The notes beneath the pieces are model-generated. The model was not told where the DNA came from. It ran no database searches and saw only the letters and a list, made by a program, of their open reading frames with translations. A DNA stretch of 64,000 nt from an uncultured SAR86 cluster bacterium (GTDB lineage Bacteria; Pseudomonadota; Gammaproteobacteria; Magnimaribacterales; D2472). The position numbers and the translations under genes are program-made. Below are positions 13,397 to 26,397 of this stretch, in pieces (position 1 is the stretch's first letter; each line of letters begins with the position of its first letter). The DNA lies in NCBI GenBank assembly GCA_902631785.1, contig CACOZT010000001.1:132741-196740 (forward strand), in the 5' to 3' direction.

Positions 13397-15233
13397 GCTC
13401 TTGTAGGAGTTCTTTTTTCTTAATTTGAATCAATATAAGGTTTACGGCCGCTGGTGTTACACCCTCAATTTTTGAAGCGTGACCTATGGTTTGTGGTTTG
13501 TGCTTTATAAGTTTTTCTTTAACTTCGTTAGAAAGTCCAGGAATATTTTTGTAACCAATATTCTGTGGGATTGTTTTGTTGTTTTGTTTTTGAACCTTTT
13601 TAATCTCTCTTTTTTGTTTGTCAACATAGCCCTTATACTTTGCCTCTGTTGTGGCTCTTCTATATAGGTTTTTGTCTTTTTGGTTAGGCTTAAAAAGTTT
13701 TGATGTATCAATGTCTGTTCTTTTTAAAAGATCAAAAATGCTTTTTTTCTCAACAAGGTTTATTGATTTGTTTTTTTTGTTGGCGATCTTTTTGGTTTTT
13801 GTTTCTTTGAGTGTATCTATAAATTTTTTATATTCATTTTCTCTGCTTAGGTAATCTTCTTTTCTTGTTGTATCTACCAAGCCCGTTTTAAAAGCCTTAA
13901 TTAAAAGTCTTTGTTCTGCGTTGTTTTGGGACAGCATTAGCCTGTGTTCTGCTCTGCTTGTGAACATTCTGTAGGGCTCTGTTATCCCGTGTGTTGTTAG
14001 GTCATCAATTAAAACACCTATGTATGCTTCACTTCTTTCTAAAACCAGGGGTTGTTTTTTTTGAATTGATCTAGCCGCGTTGGTTCCGGCTATCAGCCCT
14101 TGAGCAGCAGCTTCTTCGTAGCCGGTTGTGCCGTTGATTTGTCCTGCTAGATAAAAATTGTTAAAAAACTTGGTTTCTAGTGATGTTTTAAGGCTTCTTG
14201 GATCTACAAAATCATACTCTACTGCGTAACCGAATTCGGTTATTGATGCTTTTTCAAACCCCTTGATTGAGTGTATAAATTCTTCTTGTGCTTTTTGGGG
14301 AAGGCTTGTTGATATTCCGTTGGGGTATATTAAGTCTTTTTTAATTCCTTCTGGTTCAACAAAAATTTGGTGGCTATCTTTGTCGCCAAACCTATTAACT
14401 TTATCTTCAATTGATGGGCAATACCTTGGGCCTATTCCTATAATTTCTCCAGAATACATTGCAGAAAGGTGGGTGTTTTTTTTAATAATTTCGTGTGTCT
14501 TTTTGTTGGTTCTTGTAATAAAACATGACAATTGTTTTTGGTGTCTTTTTGGTTTGTTATATAACGACATCCATGGTGTTGGCTTTTCTCCTGGTTGTTC
14601 TTCCATCTCTGAGGTTGAAATGGTTGAAAGTTTGATTCTTGCTGGCGTTCCTGTTTTTAGTCTTCCCATAGGTAATTTTAGTGAATAGAGTTTTTCTGAT
14701 AGGGGTATAGCAGTACCGTCACCCATCCTACCTCCTTTTGTCACCTCTTTACCTACATACATTTTTCCGTTTAAGAATGTTCCTGTGGTTAAAACAGTTC
14801 TTTTGGCCAAAATGTTTTGGTTGTTTGTTACAACTCCTATAACTGTGTTGTTTTTAATTATAAGATCTCTAACCTCTTCCTCATAAACGTCTATATCCGT
14901 TTTGTTTAATATTTTTTGAACTGCTTCTTTGTATAGATCTCTGTCGCACTGAACCCTAAGAGCTTGGACGGCATCCCCTTTTCTTGTATTAAGTGTTCTA
15001 TATTGAATGCCTGACATGTCAGTAGCAGTTGGCATTAAGCCTCCCATGGCATCAATCTCTCTAACTATATGAGATTTGCCCAGTCCCCCAATCGCAGGAT
15101 TGCAAGACATCTGACCAATAGCTTTTTTACTAAATGTAACAAGAGCACAGGACAAGCCCATCCTGTGAACAGCAAACGCTGCTTCAACCCCAGCATGACC
15201 GCCTCCCACAACAATTACATCGTATTTATTCAT
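13389..15233 (-). CDS. mnmG: tRNA uridine-5-carboxymethylaminomethyl modification enzyme
   Basis: 614 aa. N-terminal FAD motif [14 protein letters not shown]. GidA family throughout. Confidence 0.97.
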   Translation of the reverse strand: MNKYDVIVVGGGHAGVEAAFAVHRMGLSCALVTFSKKAIGQMSCNPAIGGLGKSHIVREIDAMGGLMPTATDMSGIQYRTLNTRKGDAVQALRVQCDRDLYKEAVQKILNKTDIDVYEEEVRDLIIKNNTVIGVVTNNQNILAKRTVLTTGTFLNGKMYVGKEVTKGGRMGDGTAIPLSEKLYSLKLPMGRLKTGTPARIKLSTISTSEMEEQPGEKPTPWMSLYNKPKRHQKQLSCFITRTNKKTHEIIKKNTHLSAMYSGEIIGIGPRYCPSIEDKVNRFGDKDSHQIFVEPEGIKKDLIYPNGISTSLPQKAQEEFIHSIKGFEKASITEFGYAVEYDFVDPRSLKTSLETKFFNNFYLAGQINGTTGYEEAAAQGLIAGTNAARSIQKKQPLVLERSEAYIGVLIDDLTTHGITEPYRMFTSRAEHRLMLSQNNAEQRLLIKAFKTGLVDTTRKEDYLSRENEYKKFIDTLKETKTKKIANKKNKSINLVEKKSIFDLLKRTDIDTSKLFKPNQKDKNLYRRATTEAKYKGYVDKQKREIKKVQKQNNKTIPQNIGYKNIPGLSNEVKEKLIKHKPQTIGHASKIEGVTPAAVNLILIQIKKKELLQEHV

Positions 15234-15444
15234 AAATAATTAAATAATAATATCTATATTATATACTTTTTGTTATTACTATTATGTTGGCTTTTTTCTG
15301 TTAAAAACTCATTCATAGTAAGATTTTAACCGGAGTTTATAACTTTATAGAATCAACCAAGCCCTGTTAAAAAACAGATAAAAAATACTTAACAAACTGT
15401 TATTAAAAAAATCAATACAAAATTATTAACAAAAAAATAACAAC

Positions 15445-16758
15445 CTATTTACCAATACAATAACTACTAAATATATCCCCCAATAAAGAATCTGAAAATT
15501 TTTCACCAACAAGCTCATCAAAACACGATCTTGCCAATCTAAGATCTTCGGCTACCAAATCCAAGGAAAGGTTCTCTTTTAGACCTGTTTTAGCTGAATT
15601 TAAATTCTCAATAACACTTGTGAATATTTTATTATGCCTGTCTCTGACTAAAAATTTATAATCATCCTTTTTAATATCCTTTTTAAAAGAGGATAATATT
15701 AATTTTTTTAATTCATCAAACCCCTCACCAGTTTTAGCAGAAACACAACAATCAAAAAGCTTATTATCTTTCTCATTAATATCAATTTTGTTTTGAATAG
15801 ATATAAAACATTTTTCATGTGACAAATCTTTAAAATTTTTAATTAAAGACTTATCAGGCTTATCAAAAATCCCAACCACCAAATCAACACTCTTGATTTC
15901 AGACAAAGACAGACCAACACCAACCTCTTCAATTTTATCGTCTGTCTTTCTAATACCTGCAGAGTCTTGAATAGAGAAAACACTTGACTCAAAGAAAAGC
16001 TCACTACTTATGATGTCTCTTGTAGTGCCAGGAAGGTCGGAAACAATAGCCCTTTCAAAACCTAACAGCCTATTAAAAACTGAAGACTTGCCAGAGTTTA
16101 CAGGCCCCACCAAAAGAACATTATTTTTTTGAGAAAAACGATTTTTGTTAACACAACCAGAAACAAAAGACTCAAACCTATTCCTAAGATTGCTCAAATC
16201 ATTAACAATGTTTTTGTCCATATATTCATTTCCCTCGTCAGAGAAGTCTATCTCAGCTTCTACACGAACCCTAATTTGATCAACCTCATCAGCAAAAACA
16301 GATATTTGTGATGACATCTCTCCAAACAATGAATTTCCTGACAAAACAACCCCCCTATCATCAGTGGTATCGATAAGGTCTGCTAGAGCTTCTGCCTCGT
16401 TCAGACTAATTTTATTGTTTAGGAAAGCGCGCTTCGTAAACTCACCCCCAACCGCCTCATCAAAACCAACCTCTTTAAATAAGGCAGCAAACGAAGACAT
16501 AACAGCAAGGCTTCCATGTGCATAGACCTCAAAAGAATCTTCACCTGTATAACTGTTAGGACCTTTGAAAACCACCAAACCAGCCTTATCCACTAATTGT
16601 TTTTTGTTGTAAAACTCTTTGATGTGGAAACGCCCAATCTCAAAACCTCCATTGTTAATAATCTTTGAGAGCCCTTTGTGACAACCATCACCAGAAACCC
16701 TAAATATACATATGGCCGACTTAGCAGGGGGTGTCGCTAGCGCAAAAACAGGATGCAT
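15445..16758 (-). CDS. mnmE: tRNA modification GTPase
   Basis: 437 aa. G1 motif GPVNSGKSS, DSAG, C-terminal CIGK. Confidence 0.95.
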   Translation of the reverse strand: MHPVFALATPPAKSAICIFRVSGDGCHKGLSKIINNGGFEIGRFHIKEFYNKKQLVDKAGLVVFKGPNSYTGEDSFEVYAHGSLAVMSSFAALFKEVGFDEAVGGEFTKRAFLNNKISLNEAEALADLIDTTDDRGVVLSGNSLFGEMSSQISVFADEVDQIRVRVEAEIDFSDEGNEYMDKNIVNDLSNLRNRFESFVSGCVNKNRFSQKNNVLLVGPVNSGKSSVFNRLLGFERAIVSDLPGTTRDIISSELFFESSVFSIQDSAGIRKTDDKIEEVGVGLSLSEIKSVDLVVGIFDKPDKSLIKNFKDLSHEKCFISIQNKIDINEKDNKLFDCCVSAKTGEGFDELKKLILSSFKKDIKKDDYKFLVRDRHNKIFTSVIENLNSAKTGLKENLSLDLVAEDLRLARSCFDELVGEKFSDSLLGDIFSSYCIGK

Positions 16759-16760
16759 GA

Positions 16761-18287
16761 TCAGTTTGTGTCAAGAGCGCCTTGTTGTTTATAGAGGTAG
16801 CTTTGCTGCCCAAGCTGAACTGCTGTATTAACAACGGTATATAAACAAAGCGCGGCTGGAAAAAATAAAAAGAAAACCGAAAACATCACAGGCATGTATT
16901 TCATAACCTGAGCTTGTGTTGGGTCCATTCCAGCTGGTTGTGGGTTAAGTCTTTGGGTTAATAACATCAACACCCCAAAGGCTGCGGGTAAAACAAAAAA
17001 AGGATCGGGTGCCGAAAGATCCGCCCAAAAACCCAAAGAGCTATATCTCAACTCAACCATTTCTCTTAGCGCAAAAAAGAAACCAATAAAAAAAGGCATT
17101 TGTATAAATAAAGGCAAACAACCACCAAGAGGGTTGGCCCCATGTTTTTTCATCACCTTCATTGTTTCTGTGCTTGCGGCCTGACGATCGTTTTTATATC
17201 TTTCCTTAATTTCATTTAGCTCGGGTGTTATTTTTCTTAACGCAGCCATTGATTTAAAGCTCTTGGCTGTAACAGGCCAAAAAGCCAATTTAATTAGTAT
17301 GGTAAATATAATTATTGTTAATCCCCAGCTGTTTACATAACTATTAATAAAATCCATCACAAAAACCATAGGCTGAGCCAAAAACCAAAACCAACCCATA
17401 TCAATGGCAAGCTCAAGATTGTCCGCCCTTGTCATAAGGTCTTTCCTAATTTTTGGACCAACAAACAACCTGTGTTCATGACCGTAAACCAAATTGCTTG
17501 TTGAGGAGCCTTCCACCGTATAACCCATTCTGAAGAATCCAGACTCTTTAGGTAGAACATAATAGTTATAAATATATTCGTCTGATCCAATAATGGCTGC
17601 AAAAAAATATTTTTGAATAAAAGCTATCCAACCAGATTTAGACAAAACCTCAAGAGGTTCATCGACCGACCTTAGTCTAGATGTTGAATATGGATCAAGC
17701 TCGGTGCTAATTGCAACACCCTCATACGAGCTATTATTCATCATTCCACCCTCAAGAGCACCCCTTTTTAAATCAAGAGCCCTTCCCTCAGACCGATACA
17801 GCCCAGCAAAAGATTTTCCTTTAATACCATTTGCCGCAGAGTCATAAATACTCACCTCATAACTCACATCAGAAAAAGAAACAGTTTTTGATATATTCAG
17901 CTCTGGATCAAACAAAACCACAAAATCCTCACCGCGCTCTGAAACTCGATAGTTTGGAGACAACCCAGTAAAACCACTTTTAAAATAATATTGAAATGAG
18001 GAGGATTCAGACGACCCAAAAACCCTAAAACCCTGAGAGCCATCCACGTTTTCAACAGGATACTCTTTCAGCCTTGCTTCAACAATTGAACCATTAGATA
18101 CAGATATAACCAGCGAAAGCTCATTGTTTTCAATTGAAACAAACCCATCATCATTCTCAAAAAAAGACGCACCAACAGAATCAAGATGGTTTTTTATTGA
18201 TTTTGATTTTTGTTCTGAATTCCATTCATATAACAACGCCAATGAAAGAAAAACAATTAGAGCTAAATACAAACTTCTTATATTCAT
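16761..18287 (-). CDS. yidC: membrane protein insertase YidC
   Basis: 508 aa. N-terminal TM, large periplasmic domain, C-terminal 60-kDa insertase core (...GCLPLFIQMPFFIGFF...). Confidence 0.96.
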   Translation of the reverse strand: MNIRSLYLALIVFLSLALLYEWNSEQKSKSIKNHLDSVGASFFENDDGFVSIENNELSLVISVSNGSIVEARLKEYPVENVDGSQGFRVFGSSESSSFQYYFKSGFTGLSPNYRVSERGEDFVVLFDPELNISKTVSFSDVSYEVSIYDSAANGIKGKSFAGLYRSEGRALDLKRGALEGGMMNNSSYEGVAISTELDPYSTSRLRSVDEPLEVLSKSGWIAFIQKYFFAAIIGSDEYIYNYYVLPKESGFFRMGYTVEGSSTSNLVYGHEHRLFVGPKIRKDLMTRADNLELAIDMGWFWFLAQPMVFVMDFINSYVNSWGLTIIIFTILIKLAFWPVTAKSFKSMAALRKITPELNEIKERYKNDRQAASTETMKVMKKHGANPLGGCLPLFIQMPFFIGFFFALREMVELRYSSLGFWADLSAPDPFFVLPAAFGVLMLLTQRLNPQPAGMDPTQAQVMKYMPVMFSVFFLFFPAALCLYTVVNTAVQLGQQSYLYKQQGALDTN

Positions 18288-18598
18288 TATTTATCCAAGT
18301 TATCTGTAATAGATTTAATTGCTGTTGAGATCTCTATTACTGCTTCTTTATATGATAACTCTCCAAAGGGCCGAAATACAGAAAAAACAATGGTGCCATT
18401 AAGTGTTGTCGGCGACAGTTCTCTAAAAATTTCTTTTATTCTTCTTTTGATTTTATTTCTTTCCACAGCAAGCTTAAAAAATTTTTTAGAGATTGAGATT
18501 TCAATATTTTCTTTGTTTGGATGTTTGTAAAAAATCCTAAAAAATTTGCAAGAATACATACACTCAAGAGAGCTGAATTTTTGATTATAGTTAGACAA
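18287..18598 (-). CDS. rnpA: ribonuclease P protein component (start uncertain: TTG 18598, ATG 18559 or ATG 18688)
   Basis: Contains the RNR-type motif ERNKIKRRIKEIFRE. Lies between rpmH and yidC. Its stop shares one base with the yidC ATG (TAATG). The ORF-track version (to 18688) would overlap rpmH out of frame by 89 nt. Confidence 0.85.
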   Translation of the reverse strand: MSNYNQKFSSLECMYSCKFFRIFYKHPNKENIEISISKKFFKLAVERNKIKRRIKEIFRELSPTTLNGTIVFSVFRPFGELSYKEAVIEISTAIKSITDNLDK

Positions 18599-18599
18599 G

Positions 18600-18734
18600 T
18601 TAAGCGCTGAGGACCTTTCTACCCTTTTTTCTTCTGTTGGATAAAACAGCTCTTCCTGCCTTGGTTGACATTCGTGCACGAAAACCATGGGTTCTTTTTC
18701 TTTTGAGGTTGCTTGGTTGAAAAGTTCTCTTCAT
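18600..18734 (-). CDS. rpmH: 50S ribosomal protein L34
   Basis: My own translation: [44 protein letters not shown] (44 aa). This is the textbook L34 sequence. It falls below the ORF-track size cutoff. Confidence 0.97.
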   Translation of the reverse strand: MKRTFQPSNLKRKRTHGFRARMSTKAGRAVLSNRRKKGRKVLSA

Positions 18735-18827
18735 AATATCTATTGCAAAAAGTGTGGGGAATTATAGCGCAATAAGTTTTTAAAGCCACAAAAACAGCCT
18801 CAAAACTTAAATTTTTTTATATACAAG

Positions 18828-18836
18828 TTATCCACA
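18828..18836 (+). promoter_or_regulatory. DnaA box, perfect consensus TTATCCACA
   Basis: Exact 9-mer located 75 bp upstream of the dnaA start, in the rpmH-dnaA spacer. Confidence 0.7.
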
Positions 18837-18867
18837 ACAAATTCCTATATTTATTCTGTAGATATCT

Positions 18868-18876
18868 TGTGGATTT
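18868..18876 (-). promoter_or_regulatory. DnaA-box-like site (TGTGGATTT on the plus strand, 7/9 to TGTGGATAA)
   Basis: Inverted orientation relative to the perfect box and 32 bp downstream of it. Further 7/9 sites lie at 18753..18761 and 18918..18926. Confidence 0.45.
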
Positions 18877-18910
18877 TTTAATAGACTATCAATCAAATAG
18901 GAGATAATAA

Positions 18911-20203
18911 TTGGAACTGTGGAATAAGTGTTCTGAAAAGCTTGAAAATACCCTTTCTCAAGAAGATTTCAACACCTGGATCAGGCCATTAAAGGCCAAA
19001 ATTGATAAAAACACTCTGGAGCTTGTCGCACCAAACGACTTTATTTTAGATTACATAGAAAAAAACTATTCCAAAGAAATTAAAAAAATAGTCAAAACAC
19101 AGTCTAAATCAAACATCAATCTTGTTTTTAAAACTCATACAAAAGAAACATTTATTGATAAATATAAAAACAACCAAAATACCGAAATCAAATTAGTTGA
19201 TGGTTATACATTTGATAGTTTTGTTGAGGGAAAATCAAACCACCTGGCTTTAGCGGCCGCAAGACAGGTTGCTGCAAACCCGAAGGGTGATTACAACCCT
19301 TTGTTTATTTATGGTGGTGTTGGTTTGGGAAAAACACACTTAATGCATGCTGTTGGAAATCAAATTCTTAAAAATGAACCAAAAAAAAGAATTGTTTATG
19401 TTCATTCAGAGAAGTTTGTTTCCGATATGGTAAAGGCTCTTCAGCTTGGGGCGATGAATGAGTTCAAATCTTTTTATAGAAATGCTGATGCTTTATTGAT
19501 TGATGATATTCAGTTTTTTGCTGGGAAGGAACAATCTCAAGAAGAGTTTTTTCATACATTTAATGCTTTGTTAGATCGAAACAATCAAATGATTTTAACC
19601 TGTGACAAATACCCAAAAGAAATTGATGGTTTAGAAGAAAGGCTGAAATCTAGACTTGGTTGGGGATTGCCGGTTGTTATAGACCCACCAGAGCTAGAAA
19701 CCAGAGCTGCAGTTTTGCTTAGCAAGGCAGCTTCAATGGGCATCTCTCTTCCAAATGATTGTGCTATATATATAGCCCAAAGAATAAGATCAAATATTAG
19801 GGAGCTTGAGGGCGCTCTGAAAAGGGTTGTTGCTAATGCCAGGTTCACAAACCAGGATGTTGATCTTGCGCTTGTAAAAGATGCATTAAAAGATCTTTTT
19901 GTTATTTCCGCAAAAATGATTAGCGTTGAGAATATCCAAAAAACTGTAGCAGAATATTACAATATAAAATTATCAGACCTGCTTTCAAAAAGAAGAAGTA
20001 GGTCCATAACCAGACCAAGACAAATGGCAATGGCGCTAACAAAAGAACTTACTAACCACAGCCTTCCAGAAATTGGAGAAGCATATAATGGCAGAGACCA
20101 TACAACCGTTCTACACGCATGTAAAAAAATTAAAGAATTAAGAAAGGAAAGCCCCTCTCACGAGGAGGATTATAGAAATCTAAATAGAGCTTTAACAAAC
20201 TAA
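18911..20203 (+). CDS. dnaA: chromosomal replication initiator protein DnaA
   Basis: 430 aa. TTG start preceded by AGGAGA. Walker [12 protein letters not shown]-terminal DNA-binding ...RDHTTVLHA. Confidence 0.97.
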   Translation: MELWNKCSEKLENTLSQEDFNTWIRPLKAKIDKNTLELVAPNDFILDYIEKNYSKEIKKIVKTQSKSNINLVFKTHTKETFIDKYKNNQNTEIKLVDGYTFDSFVEGKSNHLALAAARQVAANPKGDYNPLFIYGGVGLGKTHLMHAVGNQILKNEPKKRIVYVHSEKFVSDMVKALQLGAMNEFKSFYRNADALLIDDIQFFAGKEQSQEEFFHTFNALLDRNNQMILTCDKYPKEIDGLEERLKSRLGWGLPVVIDPPELETRAAVLLSKAASMGISLPNDCAIYIAQRIRSNIRELEGALKRVVANARFTNQDVDLALVKDALKDLFVISAKMISVENIQKTVAEYYNIKLSDLLSKRRSRSITRPRQMAMALTKELTNHSLPEIGEAYNGRDHTTVLHACKKIKELRKESPSHEEDYRNLNRALTN

Positions 20204-21306
20204 TGGATTTTTACATAACCAAAGAAGAGGTTGTTAAATCACTAAACCAAACGCTTGGTGTGGTGGAAAAGAGACAAACGTTGCCTATTTTATCTAATGT
20301 TTTATTTGAGGTTGACGAATCCTCCCTGAAGCTTACTGCTACCGACTTGGAGAGCGAAATATCAACAACTTCAATAATATCTAATTTTAAAAGCGGTGGA
20401 AAAACAACAGCGCCTGCCAGAAAATTAAATGATTTATGCAGACTAATGCCAGATTCAGCTGAAATACATTTTTTTCTTGATGGAGATAATTTAAGGATTG
20501 AAACCGAATCAGGTAAATATAATCTATCAACTTTACCAAGCGAAGACTTTCCAGTTTTTGAAACCGAGGAAACTCAATCACAAATTAATATTTCATCTCA
20601 AAATCTTAAAAATTTAATTTCGAAGACATCTTTTGCAATGGGAAATCAAGATTGGCGACATTACCTAAATGGGCTATACATGTTGATAGATGACAAGACA
20701 ATCACAACAGTTGCAACTGACGCTCACAGACTTGCGATGGCAACTTCATCATTGAACGAGGCCGCCTCGGAATCCACAAGTGGAATTGTTCCAAGAAAAT
20801 CTATCAATGAAATTGGAAAGCTTGTCGGAGATGAGTCTGAGAATGTTGTGGTTCAGCTAGGACATACCTCAATTGCAGCCAATGTCTCCGGAACTACATT
20901 TGTTAGCAAATTGATCGAGGGAAAATTTCCTGATTATGAGCAAGTGATTCCTTCAGGAGAAAGTTCACTTCTTGAGGTAGATAGAAAAAATTTTTCAGAG
21001 AGTCTCAGCAGAGTAAGTGTTTTGTCTAGCGAAAAATATAAAGGGGTTAGGATCATTACAAAAAAAGATTCTTTAAACATTTCAGCTAATAATCCAGAAA
21101 AGGAACAGGGTGAAGAAAATCTTTCATGTTCATACCAAGGCGATGAAATTGATATAGCCTTCAATGTTAATTATTTGCAAGAAATTTTATCAACCATTGA
21201 TTCCGAAAAAATAGAAATCAATTTTTTTGGCTCAGAAAAAAGTTGCCTTATAACAGATCCAAATTCTAAAAATCTTAAATATGTCGTGATGCCACTTCTT
21301 ATCTAA
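20203..21306 (+). CDS. dnaN: DNA polymerase III subunit beta (sliding clamp)
   Basis: 367 aa. Clamp family. ATG overlaps the dnaA stop (TAATG). Confidence 0.96.
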   Translation: MDFYITKEEVVKSLNQTLGVVEKRQTLPILSNVLFEVDESSLKLTATDLESEISTTSIISNFKSGGKTTAPARKLNDLCRLMPDSAEIHFFLDGDNLRIETESGKYNLSTLPSEDFPVFETEETQSQINISSQNLKNLISKTSFAMGNQDWRHYLNGLYMLIDDKTITTVATDAHRLAMATSSLNEAASESTSGIVPRKSINEIGKLVGDESENVVVQLGHTSIAANVSGTTFVSKLIEGKFPDYEQVIPSGESSLLEVDRKNFSESLSRVSVLSSEKYKGVRIITKKDSLNISANNPEKEQGEENLSCSYQGDEIDIAFNVNYLQEILSTIDSEKIEINFFGSEKSCLITDPNSKNLKYVVMPLLI

Positions 21307-21308
21307 AA

Positions 21309-25010
<3,702 letters not shown>

Positions 25011-25012
25011 TA

Positions 25013-26359
25013 TTAATTATTTATTAATTTTGTTAAATAGCTACTTAGATCAACGATGCTAATTCTTTTTTGATCCATTGAATCCCTGTCTCTTATTGTT
25101 ACAGTTTTGTCATTAAGTGTTTCGAAATCAACTGTAATACATACTGGAGTTCCTATTTCATCATGTTTTCGATAGCTTTTGCCTATATTTCCAGTATTTT
25201 CTAATATTACTCTTCCTAGACCAAGTTTTTGTAAGTCCTTTTTAATTTGTTTAGCAGAATCAACTAATTCTGAACTATTTTTTTTCAGGGGTATTACAGC
25301 AGCTTTTACAGGAGACAGGTGTGGCTTAAGTTTTAAAACAACTCGTGTCTTGCCATCCTCAAGCTCTTCAAGCAAATAAGCTTCATTTAATATTGCTAAA
25401 AAACCTCTTTCTACACCTGCTGATGGCTCTATAACATATGGCACAACCCATTCTCCTGAAGAGTCTTGAATAGCCATTTTGCTGTTTGAATGTTTGTTTT
25501 CTTTTACATTTGAATTAATTGCTAATTCTTTTTGCTTTTTAGAGTGAGAACCAAGATCGAAATCAGTTCTGTTTGCAATACCTTCAAGTTCTTCTAGTCC
25601 GTGTGGGAACTTATACATTAGATCAACTGTCTTTTTAGAATAATGAGCCAATTCTTCAGTGGGTACATCATAAATCTCAATACTTTCCATGGGTACACCT
25701 TGATTATTCCACCACTCGAGTCTTTTTTGTACCCATGAATCATGAAATTCTTCATCATTACCTGGCATAACAAAATACTCTAATTCCATTTGCTCAAACT
25801 CTCTAACTCTAAATATAAAATTTCTTGGTGTTATTTCATTTCTAAATGCCTTACCAATTTGGGCTATACCAAAAGGAATAGCTTTAGAAGTAGAATCTAA
25901 TACGTTTTTAAAGTTAGTAAAAATTTGTTGAGCTGTTTCGGGCCTTAAGTAAGCATAACTGGATCCATCCTCAATAGGACCAACATTAGTTTTAAACATT
26001 AAATTAAATTGTCTTGGCTCTGTAAGATCTTCAACCTTGCATTCTTTTGGAACCTGATCTGCTCTATACCTTTTTCCGCATGACTTACAGTCAACCATAG
26101 GATCTGAAAACGTATCTTCATGTCCTGAATACTTAAGCACTAGTGGATTTGTAAGAATAGACGAATCTAACCCTTCTATATCATCATTTTCATAAACCAT
26201 CGACTCCCACCAAGCATTTTTAATATTATTCTTTAATTCAACACCTAATGGACCAAAATCATATGTTCCTTGAAGCCCTCCATAAATTTCACTAGATTGA
26301 AAAATAAAGCCTCGTCTTTTGCATAAAGCTACTAATTCGTCCATATTTTTGGCTGGCAA
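25013..26359 (-). CDS. glyQS: glycine--tRNA ligase, homodimeric alpha2 (GlyQS) type
   Basis: 448 aa. N-terminus [45 protein letters not shown] is near-identical in pattern to dimeric bacterial GlyRS (Thermus type). Class II motif [28 protein letters not shown] start. Confidence 0.93.
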   Translation of the reverse strand: MPAKNMDELVALCKRRGFIFQSSEIYGGLQGTYDFGPLGVELKNNIKNAWWESMVYENDDIEGLDSSILTNPLVLKYSGHEDTFSDPMVDCKSCGKRYRADQVPKECKVEDLTEPRQFNLMFKTNVGPIEDGSSYAYLRPETAQQIFTNFKNVLDSTSKAIPFGIAQIGKAFRNEITPRNFIFRVREFEQMELEYFVMPGNDEEFHDSWVQKRLEWWNNQGVPMESIEIYDVPTEELAHYSKKTVDLMYKFPHGLEELEGIANRTDFDLGSHSKKQKELAINSNVKENKHSNSKMAIQDSSGEWVVPYVIEPSAGVERGFLAILNEAYLLEELEDGKTRVVLKLKPHLSPVKAAVIPLKKNSSELVDSAKQIKKDLQKLGLGRVILENTGNIGKSYRKHDEIGTPVCITVDFETLNDKTVTIRDRDSMDQKRISIVDLSSYLTKLINN

Positions 26360-26397
26360 TTTTAAATCTCCTTTAAACTCAACATTTGTTACTTTTT

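Noticed and set aside
15234-15444. Hidden tRNA, small-RNA gene or small ORF in the mnmE/mnmG spacer (for example the 20-codon minus-strand ORF MNEFLTEKSQHNSNNKKYII)
   Set aside because: There are no G/C-paired stems compatible with a tRNA or structured RNA. The mini-ORF has no SD and a low-complexity product. I kept the region only as an unexplained regulatory spacer in findings.
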